Positions 57,662 through 64,000 of a stretch of DNA of 64,000 bases are shown piece after piece (position 1 is the first letter of the stretch; every line of letters begins with the position of its first letter). A model generated the notes under the pieces. It was not told the DNA's origin. It saw only the letters and a program-made list of their open reading frames with translations, and did not search any database. The stretch comes from Halomonas sp. (GTDB taxonomy: Bacteria; Pseudomonadota; Gammaproteobacteria; Pseudomonadales; Halomonadaceae), in assembly GCA_020201095.1 (NCBI GenBank), contig JAIVHM010000005.1, positions 4,953-68,952 on the forward strand. The letters run 5' to 3'. Made by a program: the position numbers and the translations under genes.

Positions 57662-58939
57662 TCAGGGTTGGCCTGGGTCGCCTTCATTGTTACTACTTCG
57701 GCGCGTTCCATCGGGCTGTGGAAGTGTCGAAGGGATGGGACGCTCACCAACATCCAACGTCATTTCTATGCGTTCGCCGTCGCGGACAATGGTCAGCGGT
57801 AGCTCGGTACCTGGCTTGATAGAGGCAATATCGCTCATGGTGGCGCGCGCATCGAGAATAGGTCGACCATCAACGGATAACAGGACATCGCCAGGCTCCA
57901 GTCCGGCCTTCTCAGCAGGCCCCCCATCCACGACATCTGCAACGATTACCCCTTGGGGCGTACGTAATCCGAAAGAGGCGGCAAGCTCTCTGGATAGCGC
58001 CTGCGCATCGATGCCGAGCCAGCCACGGATGACACGCCCCTGGGTAACCAGTTCGTCCAGGATGCTATGGGCGAGGTTGGCTGGAATGGCAAACCCGATG
58101 CCCTGAGAGCCGCCTGAGCGCGAAAAGATGGCTGTATTGATGCCCACCAGTGCGCCTTCCGGATTGACCAGTGCCCCGCCTGAGTTCCCCGGGTTAATGG
58201 CGGCATCGGTCTGAATGAAATCTTCATAGGCGTTCAGGCCAAGATGGCTACGTCCGGTGGCGCTGATAATTCCCATCGTCACTGTTTGGCCAACGCCAAA
58301 GGGGTTGCCAATGGCCAGGGCGACATCGCCAACGGCGGCATCTGTCGAGTTGCTCAGCTCAATAACGGGCAGGTCGTCGAGGTCGATTTTCAGCACTGCG
58401 AGGTCGCTTTCCGGGTCAGTGCCAATCACTTCAGCGAGTACTTCGCGGCCATCGCGCAGTGCCACCTGGATTTCGTCGGCACCGTTGATGACATGGTGGT
58501 TGGTCAGCACGTAGCCTTCGTCGCTTACAATGACACCTGACCCCAGGCTTGACAGCATACGCTGGTGGGTGGTGGCATCATCGCCGTTAAAAAACTGCTG
58601 AAAAAACGGGTCAGACATCAGCGGGTGTTCTTCGCGTTCAACGATGCGTGACGAGTAAATGTTGACCACGGCAGGTGCTGCTTGATTGACCGCATCGGCG
58701 TAGCTGGCGGGGCCCTGGTTGCGATTCATCGGCGCCGCTTGGCGGACTTCTGGGGCTGTTCGGTCGGTATCGACTTCTTGGTCGACTGTGGGCACCAAGG
58801 CGGTGGGATTCACGGTCTGAGGTGGCGACGACGCCTGAAAGGGAAGCGGGAAGCGCTCAGGAAACGCAAACATGACAACAGCTGCCAGCAAAAAGCCTGT
58901 GATGATGGGCCATATGTAAGGCAGCACGAAGCGTTTCAT
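57662..58939 (-). CDS. HtrA/DegS-AlgW family serine protease with one PDZ domain
   Basis: N-terminal TM, TNHHVI, DLAVL, GNSGGAL, single PDZ. Confidence 0.92.
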   Translation of the reverse strand: MKRFVLPYIWPIITGFLLAAVVMFAFPERFPLPFQASSPPQTVNPTALVPTVDQEVDTDRTAPEVRQAAPMNRNQGPASYADAVNQAAPAVVNIYSSRIVEREEHPLMSDPFFQQFFNGDDATTHQRMLSSLGSGVIVSDEGYVLTNHHVINGADEIQVALRDGREVLAEVIGTDPESDLAVLKIDLDDLPVIELSNSTDAAVGDVALAIGNPFGVGQTVTMGIISATGRSHLGLNAYEDFIQTDAAINPGNSGGALVNPEGALVGINTAIFSRSGGSQGIGFAIPANLAHSILDELVTQGRVIRGWLGIDAQALSRELAASFGLRTPQGVIVADVVDGGPAEKAGLEPGDVLLSVDGRPILDARATMSDIASIKPGTELPLTIVRDGERIEMTLDVGERPIPSTLPQPDGTRRSSNNEGDPGQP

Positions 58940-59078
58940 TGAGAGTTCCTTGGGCGATCGTCGAGAAGTGGATATTAGCGCTGACGGGTCGTCAGTCTTA
59001 CACTAGGTATTATTGTGCAGATAGTAACATTTTATTGGCTTATATCTCATGGATGCCAGCAGATACTTAGGAGAAACG

Positions 59079-59840
59079 GTGATTCAACGCGATAGTTTAG
59101 TAGCCGCCTGCGACCATCAGTTGCGAGCATCACAGTTTAAAGATTTCACGATTAATGGCCTTCAGGTACAAGGCCGTGACCGGGTGGCGCGTGTCATGAC
59201 CGGTGTGACGGCCTGTCAGGCCTTGCTTGAAGAGGCTGTGCGCTGGCAGGCCGATATGCTGATTGTCCATCATGGCTACTTTTGGAAGAACGAGCCGGTA
59301 GCCATCACAGGCATGAAGCACAGGCGAATTAAAACCTTGCTCGATCACGAGATAAACCTTCTGGCCTATCATTTGCCTCTTGATGCCCACAGCGAGATGG
59401 GTAACAACGCAGAGCTGGCCAAGCAGCTTGGATGGAAAGTTGAAGGGTGTCTGGACGGGGAACTGGGTGAAGGTTTGCTTTGGTCCGGGCGCGTTGCCAA
59501 GCCACTCAGCGCGACCGCGCTTGCCGAGCAAATAAGCCAGACCTTGCAGCGAGAGCCGCTGCTGATCGAAGCGCCAGATATGGGTGACATAGAGCGTATC
59601 GCCTGGTGCACGGGTGGGGCGCAGGACATGATCAGCGCCGCTCACGAAAGCGGAGCACAGGCATTTATTTCCGGAGAGATTTCAGAGCGAACGACGCATC
59701 TTGCTCGAGAATTGGGCATTCATTATCTGGCAGCGGGTCATCATGCCACCGAACGCTACGGTGTTCAGGCGTTGGGAGAGTGGCTGGCGGATGAATACGG
59801 CGTGGAACACCGCTTTGTCGATATTGATAACCCCGCTTGA
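59079..59840 (+). CDS. Nif3-like dinuclear metal protein (YbgI)
   Basis: NGLQV, VHHGYFW, YHLPLDAH, AGHHATE. Confidence 0.93.
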   Translation: MIQRDSLVAACDHQLRASQFKDFTINGLQVQGRDRVARVMTGVTACQALLEEAVRWQADMLIVHHGYFWKNEPVAITGMKHRRIKTLLDHEINLLAYHLPLDAHSEMGNNAELAKQLGWKVEGCLDGELGEGLLWSGRVAKPLSATALAEQISQTLQREPLLIEAPDMGDIERIAWCTGGAQDMISAAHESGAQAFISGEISERTTHLARELGIHYLAAGHHATERYGVQALGEWLADEYGVEHRFVDIDNPA

Positions 59841-59894
59841 TGCATTTGTTTTCCCTCGGCAATGCTGCCGAGGGTTGATTCACACTAGGTAAGC

Positions 59895-60347
59895 TCAGTA
59901 ACGGGGCGGCGTTGCCGTGTCGTCGCTAGTGTCCTTATCCTTGAGGCCGAAATGTTCAGATAGCGTGCCATTCTGTCCATCGGCGTAGTCGCGAGGCGTT
60001 GCAGGTGCGCCCGATGTGCTCGTGGTTTCGTTCATCAGGCGAAGGTCACTCAACTCGGCAGGGTGATGTGTCAACTTGTCTAATTGCCACTGGCCTGCAT
60101 CGTCCTGCAGCTTTTTCTCCAGCTCGTCGGTCTCTTGGCGTATCGCTGCCAGCGACTCATGCACACTGGATAGCTGGTGGCTGACGCCATTCTTGAGTGA
60201 CGCAACTTGATGTTCGCGTTCCAATAGCGTTTGGCGAAGTGAGGCAAGTTGACGCTGGCTTTTACTCAGCAACCGATAGCATCCTGCACCGATTATCAAG
60301 CCGATCACAAGGCCTATTACTGCATAGGTTAATGGCTCGCTTTCCAC
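59895..60347 (-). CDS. zapG: YhcB/ZapG (DUF1043) family membrane-anchored coiled-coil protein
   Basis: N-terminal TM, coiled coil, PRDYA...GTLSE.FGL motif; divergent from zapE. Confidence 0.8.
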   Translation of the reverse strand: MESEPLTYAVIGLVIGLIIGAGCYRLLSKSQRQLASLRQTLLEREHQVASLKNGVSHQLSSVHESLAAIRQETDELEKKLQDDAGQWQLDKLTHHPAELSDLRLMNETTSTSGAPATPRDYADGQNGTLSEHFGLKDKDTSDDTATPPRY

Positions 60348-60543
60348 ATTTATCTCCCTTGATACCTGCCGCTGCTGGTTTTACAGCGCTTGAAATAGTC
60401 GAATGTCATTATAGGCGCCTTGATGATGGTTGGGTCAATGCCCATGCGCTGGCAAACCTAACCACGTATACTTACGGCCTTTCTTTTAGATTGTGTGATG
60501 GGTTTCGGCAACGCTTGGCGGTAGATAACGGGAGAGTTATACG

Positions 60544-61719
60544 ATGAGGGCAACGTCGGCCAGTGGGTCAACGTCAAACGCGGCGACGCCGATGGGGCGT
60601 TATCGCGCAGATCTTAAGCGAGAGGGATTTGAGTACGACCCGGCCCAGGAAGCGGCAGTGGCGCATTTGCAGCGTTTGTACGACGCGTTACTATCAACCC
60701 CGACGACGGTGCCGAAAACGGTTCTTGCCAATAGAGGGCTGAAAGCTAAAGTAGCCGGTCTGATGGGCAAGAAATCGGCGTCACAAGAACCGGTGACGCC
60801 GAGTGTCCAGGGGCTATATTTTTGGGGTGGTGTGGGGCGCGGCAAAACCTATCTGGTGGATACTTTCTACGAATCCCTCCCATTCGCCGACAAAATGCGC
60901 ACTCATTTCCACCGCTTTATGCAGCGTGTGCATAACGAACTCACCCATTACAAGGGGGAAAAGAACCCGCTGACGTTAGTGGCCAGCAAGTTTGCCAGTG
61001 AGGCGCGGGTAATTTGCTTCGACGAGTTCTTCGTCAAGGATATTACCGACGCCATGATACTGGCCAATCTGCTTGAAGCCCTCTTTGAGCGAGGTGTCGT
61101 GCTCGTGGCAACGTCGAACATTGTGCCTGATGATCTGTATAAAGATGGCCTTCAGCGCGCGCGCTTCTTGCCCGCCATCGATCTGCTCAATCGCCATTGT
61201 CGGGTAGTCAATGTGGACTCGGGGGTCGATTATCGCCTTCGTGCACTGGAGCGGGCAGAAATCTTTCATTCGCCGCTGGATGATGCTGCCGAAGAAGAGC
61301 TGGCGCGAAGTTTTCGCGAAATTGCCGGACAGGCCGGAGAGGAAAACGCCCCGCTTGAGATCAATCAGCGGGTGCTGAGAACTCGCCGACTGCACGACGA
61401 CATCGCCTGGTTTGAGTTTGCGGAGCTTTGCGATGGCCCGCGTAGCCAAAATGACTATATCGAGCTGGCGCGCGAATTCCACACGATTATCGTTTCTAAT
61501 GTCCCGGCCATGCGCGGCGCTGATGACGATCAGGCTAGGCGCTTTATCAACATGGTGGATGAGTTCTATGACCGGGGCGTCAAGGTGTTGATGTCGGCAG
61601 AGGCGCCGGTGGAGTCGCTCTACCATGGCGGAAAGTTGACGTTTGAGTATCAGCGTACGCTCTCACGCTTGCAGGAGATGCAGTCCCATGACTATTTGGC
61701 GCTGCCGCATAAACCCTAG
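60544..61719 (+). CDS. zapE: Cell division AFG1-like ATPase ZapE
   Basis: GLYFWGGVGRGKT, HFHRFM, CFDEF, RRFINMVDEFYD, RTLSRLQEMQ; start may be 60592. Confidence 0.95.
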   Translation: MRATSASGSTSNAATPMGRYRADLKREGFEYDPAQEAAVAHLQRLYDALLSTPTTVPKTVLANRGLKAKVAGLMGKKSASQEPVTPSVQGLYFWGGVGRGKTYLVDTFYESLPFADKMRTHFHRFMQRVHNELTHYKGEKNPLTLVASKFASEARVICFDEFFVKDITDAMILANLLEALFERGVVLVATSNIVPDDLYKDGLQRARFLPAIDLLNRHCRVVNVDSGVDYRLRALERAEIFHSPLDDAAEEELARSFREIAGQAGEENAPLEINQRVLRTRRLHDDIAWFEFAELCDGPRSQNDYIELAREFHTIIVSNVPAMRGADDDQARRFINMVDEFYDRGVKVLMSAEAPVESLYHGGKLTFEYQRTLSRLQEMQSHDYLALPHKP

Positions 61720-61782
61720 TCGGAAGAAGCTTGCGTTGCCTAGACGAGGGCCAGAAAAGTATCGTTTAGTGCATAGAAAGGC

Positions 61783-61811
61783 TTAACTTGACGGGTGGCT
61801 TGATGTAGAAT
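61783..61811 (+). promoter_or_regulatory. Putative sigma70 promoter of rplM-rpsI
   Basis: TTAACT-17 bp-TAGAAT followed by a GC-rich discriminator (ACCGCCCG). Confidence 0.55.
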
Positions 61812-61923
61812 ACCGCCCGCTGCATGTTGCAGGTTTATAACCCGCAACCAAAAAAAATAGGGATGGTGCAATGCCGCACAGCGGTGTGTCGTACCCAACA
61901 CATTTTAACTGGTGATTTCATCC

Positions 61924-62352
61924 ATGAAGACGTTCAGTGCTAAGCCGCAGTCCGTCCAGCGCGATTGGTACGTTGTCGACGCAACGGACAAGACGCTAGG
62001 CCGTCTGGCTACCGAAATTGCTCGCCGCTTGCGCGGTAAGCATAAGCCCGAATTTACCCCTCACGTTGATACCGGCGATTACATCGTGGTGATCAACGCC
62101 GAAAAAGTCCAAGTGACCGGCAACAAGGCGAAGGCTAAGACCTATTACCGCCATACTGGTTACCCGGGCGGTCTACGCTCCATGACGTTCGATAAAATGA
62201 TCGACCATGCGCCCGAGCGTATTATTGAGTCTGCCGTGAAAGGCATGCTGCCCAAAGGTCCGCTTGGCCGCGCCATGTACACCAAGCTGAAAGTGTACGC
62301 TGGTGCTGAGCATCCGCATGCTGCCCAACAGCCGCTTGAACTGAACATCTGA
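61924..62352 (+). CDS. rplM: 50S ribosomal protein L13
   Basis: [33 protein letters not shown]. Confidence 0.99.
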   Translation: MKTFSAKPQSVQRDWYVVDATDKTLGRLATEIARRLRGKHKPEFTPHVDTGDYIVVINAEKVQVTGNKAKAKTYYRHTGYPGGLRSMTFDKMIDHAPERIIESAVKGMLPKGPLGRAMYTKLKVYAGAEHPHAAQQPLELNI

Positions 62353-62365
62353 GGAAATCTCCGCC

Positions 62366-62755
62366 ATGACACAGCAGTATTACGGTACCGGGCGCCGCAA
62401 GACTTCCACCGCCCGCGTCTTTATGAAGCCGGGTTCCGGCAAAATCACTGTCAACAATCGCGAACTCGACAACTACTTTGGTCGCGTTACCGGTCGTATG
62501 GTTGTGCGCCAGCCGCTGGAACTGACCGAAACGGTTAACCAGTTTGACATTTATGTCACGGTTGAAGGCGGTGGTGGTTCATCACAAGCCGGTGCAATTC
62601 GCCACGGCATTACGCGTGCGCTCATGAATTATAACGAGGACTTACGTCCTACGCTGCGCGCAGCGGGTTATGTGACGCGCGACGCACGTCAGGTAGAGCG
62701 TAAGAAAGTCGGTCTACGCAAAGCACGTCGTCGTCCGCAGTTTTCCAAGCGTTAA
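62366..62755 (+). CDS. rpsI: 30S ribosomal protein S9
   Basis: [25 protein letters not shown]. Confidence 0.99.
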   Translation: MTQQYYGTGRRKTSTARVFMKPGSGKITVNNRELDNYFGRVTGRMVVRQPLELTETVNQFDIYVTVEGGGGSSQAGAIRHGITRALMNYNEDLRPTLRAAGYVTRDARQVERKKVGLRKARRRPQFSKR

Positions 62756-62775
62756 TCGACGTTTTAATGCGGTTG

Positions 62776-62811
62776 AAAACGCCCAGGCCAATGGCCTGGG
62801 CGTTTTTTTTT
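62776..62811 (+). terminator. Intrinsic terminator of rplM-rpsI
   Basis: AAAACGCCCAGGCC-AAT-GGCCTGGGCGTTTTTTTTT. Confidence 0.92.
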
Positions 62812-62964
62812 GCTACAAATAATCATTAGTCAAGCTGTACCTTGATGAAGTGTGCCTGGCAAACTGCATGCTGGTTAAACTACTTTATACATAGACATTA
62901 AATAACAACAGTCACCCTCGCGGCGCGTTAAGCGTTGTCGCGAGGGAAAAAGTGGGGACCGGAT

Positions 62965-63564
62965 ATGGCAAATAACGGCGTTAACAAGGGGCGGCGTCGC
63001 TTCCTTGTAGGGGCGACGACCGTTGTCGGCGCAGTAGGGGCGGTTGGGGTGGCTATCCCTTTCGTATCGGCTTGGCAGCCAAGCGCAAGAGCGCTGGCAG
63101 CGGGTGCGCCTGTCAAAGCTGACGTTTCGAAGCTGGCCCCAGGGCAGCGTATGACGGTTGAGTGGAGAGGGCGTCCTGTTTGGATTATCAACCGTACCCC
63201 CGAGATGATCGAGCGCACAGAGGCCTTTGCCGTCGACCGTCTTGCCGACCCTGATTCACAATCGTCGCTGCAACCTTCCTACAGTCGTGGCGAAATGCGC
63301 TCAATCCGCCCGGAAATTGGCGTCCTGATCGGTATCTGCACCCATTTAGGTTGTTCGCCGGTTTACCGTCCCGAACCTGATGCAGCCGGGGTTGGCGTTG
63401 ACGACTGGCCGGGTGGCTTTTTCTGCCCGTGTCATGGCTCGCGGTTTGATTTGGCGGGACGTGTGTTCAGTAATGTGCCAGCGCCTACCAACCTGGAAGT
63501 TCCCCCTTATCGCTTCGAGGGCGATAACATCATTGTTGTCGGCGAAGATGAGGAGACGGCCTGA
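62965..63564 (+). CDS. petA: Ubiquinol-cytochrome c reductase Rieske subunit
   Basis: Tat signal RRRFL, CTHLGC and CPCHGS motifs. Confidence 0.97.
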   Translation: MANNGVNKGRRRFLVGATTVVGAVGAVGVAIPFVSAWQPSARALAAGAPVKADVSKLAPGQRMTVEWRGRPVWIINRTPEMIERTEAFAVDRLADPDSQSSLQPSYSRGEMRSIRPEIGVLIGICTHLGCSPVYRPEPDAAGVGVDDWPGGFFCPCHGSRFDLAGRVFSNVPAPTNLEVPPYRFEGDNIIVVGEDEETA

Positions 63565-64000
63565 TGGGTAATTCGAATAAAACCAAAGCCCCCCGTGGCC
63601 TGATGCGCTGGATTGACGCCCGTTTTCCGGCAACGCAGCTTTTTCAGGACCATCTGTCTCGCTATTACGCGCCGAAAAATTTCAATTTTTGGTATTTTTT
63701 CGGTTCGCTCGCGCTGTTGGTGCTCGTTAACCAGATTATTACCGGCATCTGGCTCACCATGAGTTTCAACCCAAGCGCGGAAGGCGCTTTTGATTCCATT
63801 GAATATATTATGCGCGATGTGGAGTGGGGGTGGCTGATCCGCTATATGCATACCACGGGCGCGTCAGCTTTTTTTGTAGTGATCTATCTGCACATGTTCC
63901 GGGGTCTGCTGTATGGCTCTTACAAAGCGCCTCGAGAGCTGGTGTGGATCTTTGGCATGGCCATTTATTTAACGCTGATGGCCGAGGCGTTCATGGGGTA
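63564..64000 (+). CDS. petB: Cytochrome b of the bc1 complex (partial, runs off window end)
   Basis: Manual translation YAPKNFNFWYFFGSL...IMRDVEWGWLIRYMHTTGAS...YLHMFRGLLYGSY; ATG overlaps the petA stop. Confidence 0.96.
   Translation, partial: MGNSNKTKAPRGLMRWIDARFPATQLFQDHLSRYYAPKNFNFWYFFGSLALLVLVNQIITGIWLTMSFNPSAEGAFDSIEYIMRDVEWGWLIRYMHTTGASAFFVVIYLHMFRGLLYGSYKAPRELVWIFGMAIYLTLMAEAFMG

Overview
Core-genome window from a GC-rich gammaproteobacterium. Gene order and acidic periplasmic proteins suggest Halomonadaceae (Halomonas/Vreelandella-like; inference). Order: rhodanese (partial), rsgA, orn, queG, the nnr-tsaE-amiB-mutL-miaA-hfq-hflXKC superoperon, hisZ-purA, cobO, yajQ, pepN, a yegS-like kinase, an acidic repeat lipoprotein, csp, lysE, slt, ykvA, htpG, gpsA, sixA, gatCAB, mreBCD-maf-rng-yhdP-tldD, yjgA, pmbA, kdsD-kdsC-lptCAB-rpoN-hpf-ptsN-rapZ-npr, mlaFEDCB-ibaG-murA-hisG-hisD, a degS/algW protease, nif3, zapG, zapE, rplM-rpsI, petA and petB (partial). 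I found no mobile element, CRISPR array, rRNA/tRNA or accessory island, and no convincing novel multi-gene system. The main anomaly is six otherwise well-conserved genes (miaA, hisZ, pepN, rng, rapZ, hisD) that each lack one block of roughly 35-90 codons at a clean junction. This is either an assembly or gap-collapse artefact (my preferred reading) or a real burst of deletions. Smaller points of interest are tandem sigma54 boxes abutting the rpoN sigma70 promoter, a sigma32 promoter overlapping the ykvA stop codon, and a highly acidic lipoprotein with an internal repeat.
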